Shown: piece by piece, positions 8,325 through 15,954 of the stretch
Position numbering within the stretch: the stretch's first letter is position 1
Layout of the letters: every line of letters starts with the position of its first letter
Origin: Thermoproteota archaeon
GTDB lineage: Archaea; Korarchaeota; Korarchaeia; Korarchaeales; Korarchaeaceae
NCBI GenBank assembly: GCA_027491395.1
Contig: JAOZFI010000012.1
Location: forward strand, 1-16,264
DNA length: 16,264 nt
Reading direction: 5' to 3'
Translations under genes and position numbers: made by a program
Notes under the pieces: model-generated
Told to the model about the DNA's origin: nothing
The model's database searches: none
Seen by the model: the letters and a program-made list of their open reading frames with translations, nothing else

Positions 8325-8783
8325 CTACATGAAGAAGAGGCCCCTAGATCTCTCAAGGGCCTTATCCACTATTCCCCGGTCGTATCTCCTCTCCTCCCCC
8401 GAGGCCTCGTAGCTTTCAAGCGTCCTGAATATGTCCGGGAGTATGCTCTTCAGGAGTTCCTTCGTCAGGGACTTGTTCTCGCTCAACTGCCTGTAGACCT
8501 GAATCAGCCCACCTTCCAGCCTTGCGACATCCCCCTGATTCTTGGAAACTGCTAGGAGGGATGCTATTCCCGCTCTCGGCCTCTCTCCCTCCAGCCTCAG
8601 GGTTACACCAACGAAGTAGAACCCTCCATGGACAAACTTGACGATCTCCCCTCCTTTAGCTGAGAAGGGAAAGGACCTCAGAGGTACCGTTCCCATCTCA
8701 TCTGAGAAACTCTTTGGGTAGCCAGCAATGATCTCTAGACCTCCCGGCTCGAGCGAGGCAAGCAGCAGATACTCAAGCCCCAT
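8325..8783 (-). CDS. uDENN/longin-like domain protein (152 aa)
   Basis: Pattern LLLASLEPGGLEIIAGYP...VPLRSFP...FYFVGV...ERPRAGIASLLAVS + helix resembles the uDENN longin module. ATG 8783 with GGAGG upstream and a TTTTATTA box at 8818-8811. The CDS is secure; the fold call is tentative. Confidence 0.55.
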   Translation of the reverse strand: MGLEYLLLASLEPGGLEIIAGYPKSFSDEMGTVPLRSFPFSAKGGEIVKFVHGGFYFVGVTLRLEGERPRAGIASLLAVSKNQGDVARLEGGLIQVYRQLSENKSLTKELLKSILPDIFRTLESYEASGEERRYDRGIVDKALERSRGLFFM

Positions 8784-8880
8784 AATCCTCCACTCTAAAC
8801 GTCTCTGAAATAATAAAAGGATACCAGCGTGACAGATCACAGATATTTCAGGAGAGCGAAGGCTTAGAAATACCCGTTGG

Positions 8881-9771
8881 TCACTCGGCGTACCTGGCCA
8901 TCATGTCTATGAGGATGTCCTTCACCCTGCTGTAGTCCTTGGTCTTAGATATGCTATTGATCACATCCATTAAAAGAGCCCTGACCTTGCTCTCCGGGGA
9001 CCTCTTTGGTATCAGGGCAGCTGCAAGCAGTCCTTTCTTGTGGGCTATCACTATCTTCCTGTCCTTCATCTCTATGGACTGGGGGATGTCCCTCAAGGCA
9101 TCCTCTGTGTAGTTCTTAGTGAGGGACAGGAACGCGCTCAGGGTGAGGCTCCTCGACGAGGATGTCGATACCAAAGGATTGCCCTGCTCGTCGAGGATCA
9201 CGAGCTCCTCGATCCTCATTGGATGGATGACCTCTCCACCGGTAAGCTGCTCGTAGAGCCAAGCGAACGCCTCGAATAACCCAAAACCGGTCAGAGCGCT
9301 TGTCCATACCACCTGCCAAGGTATCCCCTCCAGCTTGGTCAGATCGAAGTAATCTATCACCTCCATGACAGTAGCAGCGTCTTCCAGATCCGCCTTGTTG
9401 GCCAGCACTAGGAGGGGGATGTTCCTCTTCATCATCGAGATAACATTCCAGAGCTCCGCCTTGGCCTCATCAAATCTCTCCCTATCGGCTGAGTCGATAA
9501 CGAATATGATGGCGTCGGCCTTCTCAGCGTATTCAGCCCAGATCCTGCGGAGGGACCTCTGCCCTCCCAGATCCCATACATTGAATTCTAGGTTCCTGAC
9601 CCTTAGCTTCTCGTAGTTAGCTCCCACCGTCGGTATCGTTGATCCCGGCTCTCCCTTCCTCAGATAGTTGAGAAGCGTAGTCTTACCAGCTCCATCAAGC
9701 CCTAGGATGACTAGAGTGGCCGACCTCCTGAAGAGGCCCAGAAGATTAGAGATGAGCCTTCCGAAGGGCAT
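8881..9771 (-). CDS. Arf-family small GTPase with N-terminal amphipathic helix, fused to a C-terminal longin-like domain
   Basis: G1 GLDGAGKTT, G2 TIPTVG, G3 WDLGGQRSLRRIW (Arf signature), G4 ANKAD, G5 TSALTG. C-domain IEELVILDEQGNPL...LSAFLS...IQSIEM-like pattern (IPQSIEMKDRKIVI). Start at ATG 9771 or 9789. Confidence 0.9.
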   Translation of the reverse strand: MPFGRLISNLLGLFRRSATLVILGLDGAGKTTLLNYLRKGEPGSTIPTVGANYEKLRVRNLEFNVWDLGGQRSLRRIWAEYAEKADAIIFVIDSADRERFDEAKAELWNVISMMKRNIPLLVLANKADLEDAATVMEVIDYFDLTKLEGIPWQVVWTSALTGFGLFEAFAWLYEQLTGGEVIHPMRIEELVILDEQGNPLVSTSSSRSLTLSAFLSLTKNYTEDALRDIPQSIEMKDRKIVIAHKKGLLAAALIPKRSPESKVRALLMDVINSISKTKDYSRVKDILIDMMARYAE

Positions 9772-9793
9772 CGCAATACTGTGACCCATATCC

Positions 9794-9807
9794 TAAAATA
9801 GCTTTTC
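9794..9807 (-). promoter_or_regulatory. Putative BRE/TATA (GAAAAGCTATTTTA) for the Arf-longin gene
   Basis: Ends 23 nt upstream of ATG 9771, consistent with a leaderless start. The same AAAAGCTAT 9-mer occurs upstream of ilvD (6222-6214, minus strand). Confidence 0.4.
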
Positions 9808-9838
9808 TAGGGTAGGCAGCTCCTCTCGTAAAATATTT

Positions 9839-10228
9839 TTAGTTAACCCTCGACCCGCCACCACCAAGGTATGACCTGAGCTCCGATATCAGGGAATCCA
9901 CCCTCTCCTTCATACTATTGTAATCCCTCACCCCAAGTCCAAGGTAGACATCCTCCCCCACTGTGGCCAGCAGCATGCAACCATTCTCAGATCTCATAAG
10001 GCACATATCGAAGCTTCCCAGGCCAGCGTGTTCTGAGAGGGATCGAGATATCTCGACTATGGCGGCGCTGGAGGCGAGGAAGAAATCCCTGACCATCTCC
10101 TCGGAGAGGGAATCGTAGAGAGATATCCCATCGGGAGTGAACAATCCTATGAAGAGCAAATCTTCCCCCGCATCTTCCGCGAACCTCTCAAGTATGGCTC
10201 TGAATTCCTTGGTCAATTCGGGCATCAT
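9839..10228 (-). CDS. Roadblock/LC7 (MglB/LAMTOR-like) domain protein
   Basis: Helix-beta-beta (FIGLFTPDGISL)-helix (FLASSAAIVEISRSL..GLG)-beta-beta-beta (MCLMRSENGCMLLATVGEDVYLGL)-helix. ATGA overlap with the upstream gene. Confidence 0.85.
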   Translation of the reverse strand: MMPELTKEFRAILERFAEDAGEDLLFIGLFTPDGISLYDSLSEEMVRDFFLASSAAIVEISRSLSEHAGLGSFDMCLMRSENGCMLLATVGEDVYLGLGVRDYNSMKERVDSLISELRSYLGGGGSRVN

Positions 10229-10968
10229 TCACCACCACGCGGGAAGATTACAGAACTACTCCTTAGCTCATCTAGGTACTTGACCACTCCGGGAGCCAGC
10301 TGCCTGTACTTCCCCACTAAGAACCTGAGGTACCCAAGGATCTCCATTAGGTCCTTGATCTTGTTAGTGATCTCCTTCTCCTCGAAATCGCTGTAGACCT
10401 CCCTGAGTACCTCACCTATCTCATCTAGCTTATCGGCTACGGGCTCAACATCCCCGTCGTAGGGAGGGAGCATGTCCCTCATCAGTTCCACCAGCATCTC
10501 TAGATAGTTGCTTGGCATGTAACCGAGCTTGGTTGGTGCCTCGTTTACCCTCGCCGCTAGGAACCTTATCTCAGCTCCTGCATCCGGCATCCTCCTGAGC
10601 ACCTCGCCTAAAACAGATGTAGCCAACTCTATTTCTCGCTCTATCCGGGTGAGTAGGTCGCCTATCCTGTTCCTCATCCTCCTGATATCTTCCTTGAGCC
10701 TTCTCATCTCCTCCCTCCTTGGAGGTTCCTCCTCGGCTCTATCGAGAACCTTGCTCATTCCGTTTATCAGGAGGGACACCTCTCTCTCCAGTTCATTGAG
10801 CTCCCTGTCGAAGCTCCTCCTGAGAAGGGGACTCGAGGCCTTGAGGAGGCTATCAACTCTCCTGAGGTCGTTAACCACGTAATAAACGTCCTCATACAGT
10901 GATAGGATGAGTAGCTTCATTTCCAACCTTTTAGCTTCATCTTCCTCCAAGTATCTTTCCAACATCAT
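10225..10968 (-). CDS. Hypothetical alpha-helical/coiled-coil protein
   Basis: 247-aa E/R/L-rich ORF with heptad-like runs; translationally coupled to the Roadblock gene (SD GGTGGTGA, ATGA overlap). Confidence 0.75.
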   Translation of the reverse strand: MMLERYLEEDEAKRLEMKLLILSLYEDVYYVVNDLRRVDSLLKASSPLLRRSFDRELNELEREVSLLINGMSKVLDRAEEEPPRREEMRRLKEDIRRMRNRIGDLLTRIEREIELATSVLGEVLRRMPDAGAEIRFLAARVNEAPTKLGYMPSNYLEMLVELMRDMLPPYDGDVEPVADKLDEIGEVLREVYSDFEEKEITNKIKDLMEILGYLRFLVGKYRQLAPGVVKYLDELRSSSVIFPRGGE

Positions 10969-10989
10969 GCGTAAAGGATACTAGGATGC

Positions 10990-11000
10990 ATTTATATTTT
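10990..11000. promoter_or_regulatory. Putative bidirectional TATA element ATTTATATTTT in a 59-bp divergent intergenic region
   Basis: Reads TTTATATT on + (about 30 nt before ATG 11028) and TATAAAT on - (22-25 nt before ATG 10968/10965). Confidence 0.55.
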
Positions 11001-11027
11001 GGGTGGATCACGATTCTCTGATATTGA

Positions 11028-12713
11028 ATGGAAGCGAAGACCTTGGAGGAGATACTCGATCACCTGAGGAATTCCGGCCTTCCCCCTGAGAGGATAAACA
11101 AGTTCGCTAATTTGTTGAGGAGGGACGGGGTCTTAGATGTTATAGTGAGGGTCCTCAGTAGGTGCCAGTCCTTGGAGGATGCACTAGAGGAGATCTCCAG
11201 CCTCGGGGGAATGGCCGATATCTCCAAAGAGATCTCCCACAAGGTTAACATAGTCAGGAACTTCGTCCTCACTTCTTTAGTGAATCTTTCCGTTGATAAA
11301 TCCTACATGAGGAGCTTCTTCAGGAAGAAGTCAAGGGCAAAGAAGCTGAAGGAGATCCTCTTATCAACTGAGGAGGAGCTTAAGGAGACGGAGGCCCGTC
11401 TCTTAGATGCTGTGAGGAGCGTACTCCTCAAGACCCTAGAATCTCTTGAGATCAGAGACGAGGGACTCAAGGCGGAGGTAGAGGGAATAAAGAGCCTTCG
11501 TGATCTGGTTACAGCCAAGAAGATATGGAATAAGATAAAGCCCGAGTTGGAAAGGGCTGTGGATGGGACTAAGACCCAAGGTCAGGTGAGAAGGGGCGAG
11601 GAGGCGGTGCTGATAACAGACGATCTGCTTAACGAGATACTCGAAGCCCTAGCGAGGATGGAAGATAATAGGAAGGAGCTAGAGCTGAGAGGGTGCACAT
11701 TCCTCCTCCTCTCCGAGGTGTCATCCCTCAAAGATCAGATCCTAAACTGGCTCTCTTCCAACTTCGGGAAGGAGTCTTACGGAGTGGCTAACATCCTTAA
11801 AATGATAAGGAGGTTATCTGATGACTCGGAAACCCTCCTTTCCACTTCCATCAGGCTGCTGAACCTGAGGTCCGAGCTTGAGGCGGTCAAGAGAGAGGTT
11901 TTGGATAAGATCGGCCGGAAGATGCCCCATCTTACGGAGGCCATATCGATGATAGGGCTGAGCTCACCGAGGCTCCCATGCATCATCTCCATGCCCGAGG
12001 AGATAGCCAGCCTGAGGTACGAGGTTTCAAGGCTTGGGGACACTGTGAGCGCCCTGAAAGAGCTAAGTAGCGAGCTGGATCACTTCAATGAGGAGATCAA
12101 GTTCCAGCCGGAGAAGCTGTCTTACAGGACAGAGCCCGATTTCCTCAAGAGCTTAACAGAGACCCTAAGGGCTTTCAGGCTCTCTAGAGGACTCCCAAGC
12201 ACGGCCTACTCCTTACCAGGTCTAATGGAAGAGCTACTCTCCCTGTACCCTAGATGGAGGGAGTACGTGAAGGAACAACTGGAGGAGAAGGGCCACCTTG
12301 AGGTAGAGGAACTCTCATTCATACCTGATATGTGGAGGGATTGGTTCTTGTCTAACTTGGAGGATGAGGGGCTCATCACAATCTCCGATGGTAAGATACT
12401 CCCAAGAGCTCCTAGCCCCGAGTTGAGAAAGCTCAGAATGAAGTTTGAATTCCTGAAGGACACCTACGAGGACATGAAACCCGTATTCCAGAAGGCAGGG
12501 ATTAGCGAGCAGTATCTTGACTCCCTTGAGAGGAAGCTAGCTCTCCTGATGGATCCCAACTACAGGGATGGGGATAAGGAGAGGCTGCAAAAGGAGGTCG
12601 AGGAAGGTATAGACAGGGCCCTGAGCGTTCTCAAGGGTGGGGTGCCCGATGAGAAAGATGAGACTGGTGGTGATGGGCCCGCACCAAGCTGGCAAGTCCA
12701 CCTTGATACATAG
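11028..12713 (+). CDS. Large alpha-helical/coiled-coil protein with a possible winged-helix subdomain near the C-terminus
   Basis: 561-aa soluble E/L/K/S-rich ORF. Segment WREYVKEQLEEKGHLEVEEL...WFLSNLEDEGLITISDGKI is wH-like. Confidence 0.7.
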   Translation: MEAKTLEEILDHLRNSGLPPERINKFANLLRRDGVLDVIVRVLSRCQSLEDALEEISSLGGMADISKEISHKVNIVRNFVLTSLVNLSVDKSYMRSFFRKKSRAKKLKEILLSTEEELKETEARLLDAVRSVLLKTLESLEIRDEGLKAEVEGIKSLRDLVTAKKIWNKIKPELERAVDGTKTQGQVRRGEEAVLITDDLLNEILEALARMEDNRKELELRGCTFLLLSEVSSLKDQILNWLSSNFGKESYGVANILKMIRRLSDDSETLLSTSIRLLNLRSELEAVKREVLDKIGRKMPHLTEAISMIGLSSPRLPCIISMPEEIASLRYEVSRLGDTVSALKELSSELDHFNEEIKFQPEKLSYRTEPDFLKSLTETLRAFRLSRGLPSTAYSLPGLMEELLSLYPRWREYVKEQLEEKGHLEVEELSFIPDMWRDWFLSNLEDEGLITISDGKILPRAPSPELRKLRMKFEFLKDTYEDMKPVFQKAGISEQYLDSLERKLALLMDPNYRDGDKERLQKEVEEGIDRALSVLKGGVPDEKDETGGDGPAPSWQVHLDT

Positions 12714-13293
12714 GCTCGACCCTTGGGCCGTCAGGATGGACTACTCCAAGGGTACCTTCTCAACCACCGTTGGCTTCGACTACGGCATAGTCCTGTGGGA
12801 CGCTACGGAGAACAGGATATACAGGAAGAATCAGCTCGATCTCGTGGACCCCTCAAATGAGATATGGAAGGTGACCATAACTGGAACTCCGGGACAGGTT
12901 GCCTTCACCCCGGTGAGGAAGGTGTTAGCTAAAGGTAAGGATGGGGTGATCCTCGTGATAGACAGCGCTCGTCCCGTGCAGATGGTCTACGCGCTGAGCC
13001 AGTACCAAGAGGCGAGGGAGGCCGCTGGTCCCGTGCCTCTAATGGTACTCGCGAATAAACAAGACCTTCCACAGGCAAAGAGAGCTGAGACTATAGCTTC
13101 ACTATTGGGCATAAGATGCAGGGTTGTCCCGATATCCGCACTGAAAGGGACCAACGTGGAGGAGGGCTTCCTCCAGTTCCTCAAGGAAGTGAGGAGGGGT
13201 ATCCTCGCCAAGTCCATATCGGAGAGATTGGCCGAAAGAAAGGAGTCAGGGTGGATGTCTTGGGTGAAGAGAAAGCTAGCATCATCCGTTTGA
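12649..13293 (+). CDS. MglA/COG2229-type small GTPase
   Basis: G1 GPHQAGKST, G2 TTVGFDYG, G3 GTPGQ, G4 ANKQD, G5 SALKG. ATG 12649 follows SD GGGGTG; overlaps the upstream ORF by 65 nt. Confidence 0.88.
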   Translation: MRKMRLVVMGPHQAGKSTLIHRLDPWAVRMDYSKGTFSTTVGFDYGIVLWDATENRIYRKNQLDLVDPSNEIWKVTITGTPGQVAFTPVRKVLAKGKDGVILVIDSARPVQMVYALSQYQEAREAAGPVPLMVLANKQDLPQAKRAETIASLLGIRCRVVPISALKGTNVEEGFLQFLKEVRRGILAKSISERLAERKESGWMSWVKRKLASSV

Positions 13294-13817
13294 AGGCCGA
13301 TCTTTCCTTTAGACCCAATCCTAAATGCGCTTTCACTTCCTCGGGTTACCGTGTTGAAGTGCTATCCTTGGGATGCTCCTCCATCTGCGCATCCATAGCA
13401 GTGGTTTCCTCCCTGCCGACCCTTCCTCCCGAGGCCGTATTGAATGTCTGCGGAAAGAATACTTCCATTGAATTGAGTGGAGCGCCGATATCTAGGTCAG
13501 ACCCCATTATCATAGTACACGGCAGATGCGACTTGGAGCTTGGTGGGAGGACGCTTGGGCTTCCCTGCGTGAAGAGGACCCTCCCCGCGTACCTAGCGGT
13601 CGATAACGTAAGGGAGGAAGTGCAGGAGATAGGCCTTAATGTCAGGGGAAAAGTGCTCTACAAAGGTGCTCTCTCGATATACCTCCTCCAAATGCCCACT
13701 GGGGGAGAGTTACTAACAGGAGAGGCGATCAGATTCAACCCGGGCAGCTTCCTACTGATCACCGAAGGAAGAAGGCCTAAGCTCAGAGTAGAAGGGGAGG
13801 AACTGGTCCTCCCTTGA
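13251..13817 (+). CDS. Hypothetical beta-rich, Cys-containing protein
   Basis: GTG 13251 preceded by AGGAG; fills the gap to the convergent gene (2-nt gap between stops); no recognised motif. Confidence 0.55.
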   Translation: MDVLGEEKASIIRLKADLSFRPNPKCAFTSSGYRVEVLSLGCSSICASIAVVSSLPTLPPEAVLNVCGKNTSIELSGAPISRSDPIIIVHGRCDLELGGRTLGLPCVKRTLPAYLAVDNVREEVQEIGLNVRGKVLYKGALSIYLLQMPTGGELLTGEAIRFNPGSFLLITEGRRPKLRVEGEELVLP

Positions 13818-13819
13818 AA

Positions 13820-14332
13820 TCAGGGGACTTCGACACTTTTAGAGACGATTTTCCCGTTCCTGAGGGTGCCCTCCACCACCAACACCTTACCACCGGTGAC
13901 ATATTCGGAAGGAACGAAAAGGGAGAGTTCCAAGCTTTCCTTCGGGTTAAGAGGGGTACCTAGGTGATAACCACCCGTTATGTTCTCTCCTGTAATGAGG
14001 TACACTTCTCCATGTCCGAAACCAATGGTCTCGAACCTAAGCTCTACGATGGGGGCTCCTCCGGCGTTACTTATCCTGAGATCTATGGCATATCCGCCTG
14101 TCGGATCTCTCGGGTAGCCGCTTGAGTAGATCGGATAGGAGCTACTATATACTGAGTCATCCGCCAGAAGGAAGGGCGATTCGGGCAGGTACTCGGATCT
14201 CAGTATCCTCACGTAAATGCCCTCTTCCAGCTCCCTAGCGGAGATAGTGGTCTGGTAAGCTATGAAAAGGCCCACAACTATAGCGGTAGCAAGGACTATC
14301 ACTACCCAGCTCACATTTTCTGGGGTCTCCAT
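13820..14332 (-). CDS. Pilin-like membrane-anchored protein with a beta-sandwich domain
   Basis: SD GGGGTGA before ATG 14332; METPE followed by a hydrophobic helix; IDLRISNAGGAPI motif; directly downstream of the TadC-like gene. Confidence 0.55.
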   Translation of the reverse strand: METPENVSWVVIVLATAIVVGLFIAYQTTISARELEEGIYVRILRSEYLPESPFLLADDSVYSSSYPIYSSGYPRDPTGGYAIDLRISNAGGAPIVELRFETIGFGHGEVYLITGENITGGYHLGTPLNPKESLELSLFVPSEYVTGGKVLVVEGTLRNGKIVSKSVEVP

Positions 14333-14358
14333 TAGAATCACCCCTATTCCTTCACCGA

Positions 14359-15954
14359 TCAACGGTAAAGCGCGAAGAGGGCCGGGGATATCAACGAGTG
14401 GATCGCCACAATCATTATCATCGAGACCACCGCGTAAACTATGCTCTGGATGTTCCCGTGCCTAGTACCGTCAGAGACGCTACTGGTGAATATTCCGAAT
14501 ATGAATATGAACATCACCGCGAATAGGAAGTAGACATCGATTATCCAAGCCTTCGCCTTTAGAAAGGAGAGCAGCATCAACATACCCTGCATTCCAGTGG
14601 CTATTTGTGTTCCAGCGTGTTGAACTTGGGCCATGGATTCGGACACCTTCTCACCTAGGAAGGCCATGAGGTCCACGAAGAGCATGCTGAAAGAGAGGCT
14701 AACTGCCATCAGGAAGCTGTTCATGGAGAGGGTCCCCCTGATTTTCTCGTAGACGGTAGACATCAGGGCTATTATCGTCCTGACGTTGAGGAGCGCTTCA
14801 TATCCGTATATCCCCTTCTGGAGATCGGTTATTAGCTTCTTGTAGATCTTGTAAACGTATATCCTCTCGAAGTCCTTCTTCTCGGGGATCTCCCCAACGT
14901 TAACTAGGTTACCGAGGCTGAATTTGAGGACCTTTGAGAACCTCCCGTAAATGTCGAGGGGCATCGAGGTCACTGCCTCGGTGAATGTCTGCCCTATGCT
15001 TATCCTTCCTCCCAAGTCAGCTAGGAAAACCGGGAGAAATGTGTAGGTGTCCTTCCTCAGCCCTATGTACTCCTTTGTAGCCAGATATCCTGCGATGAAG
15101 AAGACTAAAACCCCTAAGAATAGGGAGTACGTGCCGATGATGAAGTAACCAGCTATAGAAACCAGAGAGGCGAGGATCAGCTGGATAAAGAATAGCTTCC
15201 CGTTGAACATTATCTGCTCGGGATAGTACAGGAACTTGTTCTCCGAGAACAGGAGTATGAGCCCCACACCGAGCCCGAGGGCGAGGTTGATGAATAAGTA
15301 CTCGATGAAGGGCATATTAGCCACTCCACCGAGGAGAACCAGCATTAGGGGAGTCATTATGATGAAGGGCATGAGACCGCTCAAGAAGGAGTTTATGAAC
15401 TGTTCGAATGTCTCAATATTTCTCTGACTGTCTATGATCTCCTGCTGTATTACCATGCTGAAAATCCCCTTGGTATCGATACCCGTGGTCATCCCGTTGT
15501 ATATACTCGTCAGGAAGCTCTTGAAGCTCACTCCAAGCCTCTTCTCCTCTTGTAGAACTCTGTTGATAGCCTCCCTAAGGTCCATGCCCATAAAGTAGAA
15601 GTAACCCATGATCTTCCTGAAAACGTAGCTCCCCTCATATTCCCTCATTCGAGCGAACTGATCGAATATGCCCGTGACATCGAAACCAGCGTTTGCTAGT
15701 ATGAAGCCGTGCAACGCGAAGAGTACAGTCTCCCTGTTCACGAGCCCATAGTCTCTCCCTGTAGTGAAGAGACCGTAAAGGAGCATGACGGCGAAGAGAG
15801 GGATCAGAACGAGCACCACGTAATAGCCCGTCACGTAAGCGAGCACTCCGAGTAGTAGCGAGGAGGCGATTACCTTCTTTATGGCCCCCTCAAGCCTCTC
15901 CTTAGCGTTATATACTCCCCTCTTTTCGAGCTCAAGGGCTATAGCATCTAACAA
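14359..15954 (-). CDS. Type II secretion system F (TadC/ArlJ-like) pilus membrane platform protein
   Basis: Two T2SSF-like cytoplasmic domains (ILANAGFD...MGMDLREAI...FKSFLTSIYNGMTTG; LPVFLADLGGRISIGQTFTEAV...YGRFS) separated by TM clusters. TTG start with SD GGTGA. Confidence 0.8.
   Translation of the reverse strand: MLDAIALELEKRGVYNAKERLEGAIKKVIASSLLLGVLAYVTGYYVVLVLIPLFAVMLLYGLFTTGRDYGLVNRETVLFALHGFILANAGFDVTGIFDQFARMREYEGSYVFRKIMGYFYFMGMDLREAINRVLQEEKRLGVSFKSFLTSIYNGMTTGIDTKGIFSMVIQQEIIDSQRNIETFEQFINSFLSGLMPFIIMTPLMLVLLGGVANMPFIEYLFINLALGLGVGLILLFSENKFLYYPEQIMFNGKLFFIQLILASLVSIAGYFIIGTYSLFLGVLVFFIAGYLATKEYIGLRKDTYTFLPVFLADLGGRISIGQTFTEAVTSMPLDIYGRFSKVLKFSLGNLVNVGEIPEKKDFERIYVYKIYKKLITDLQKGIYGYEALLNVRTIIALMSTVYEKIRGTLSMNSFLMAVSLSFSMLFVDLMAFLGEKVSESMAQVQHAGTQIATGMQGMLMLLSFLKAKAWIIDVYFLFAVMFIFIFGIFTSSVSDGTRHGNIQSIVYAVVSMIMIVAIHSLISPALFALYR

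Noticed and set aside
8881-9789. Arf gene as eukaryotic contamination or chimeric assembly
   Set aside because: It is intronless, shares the AGG/ATA codon style of its neighbours, and sits among archaeal-type coupled genes with Roadblock and longin partners. Read-level confirmation is still advisable.
9772-9789. N-myristoylation signal from the MGHSIA start
   Set aside because: Promoter spacing favours ATG 9771 (MPFGR), and N-myristoyltransferase is not an established archaeal enzyme. Gly2 is probably coincidental.
13116-13250. N-terminal extension of the 13116-13817 ORF
   Set aside because: It would overlap the GTPase gene by 178 nt; the SD-supported GTG at 13251 is more plausible.
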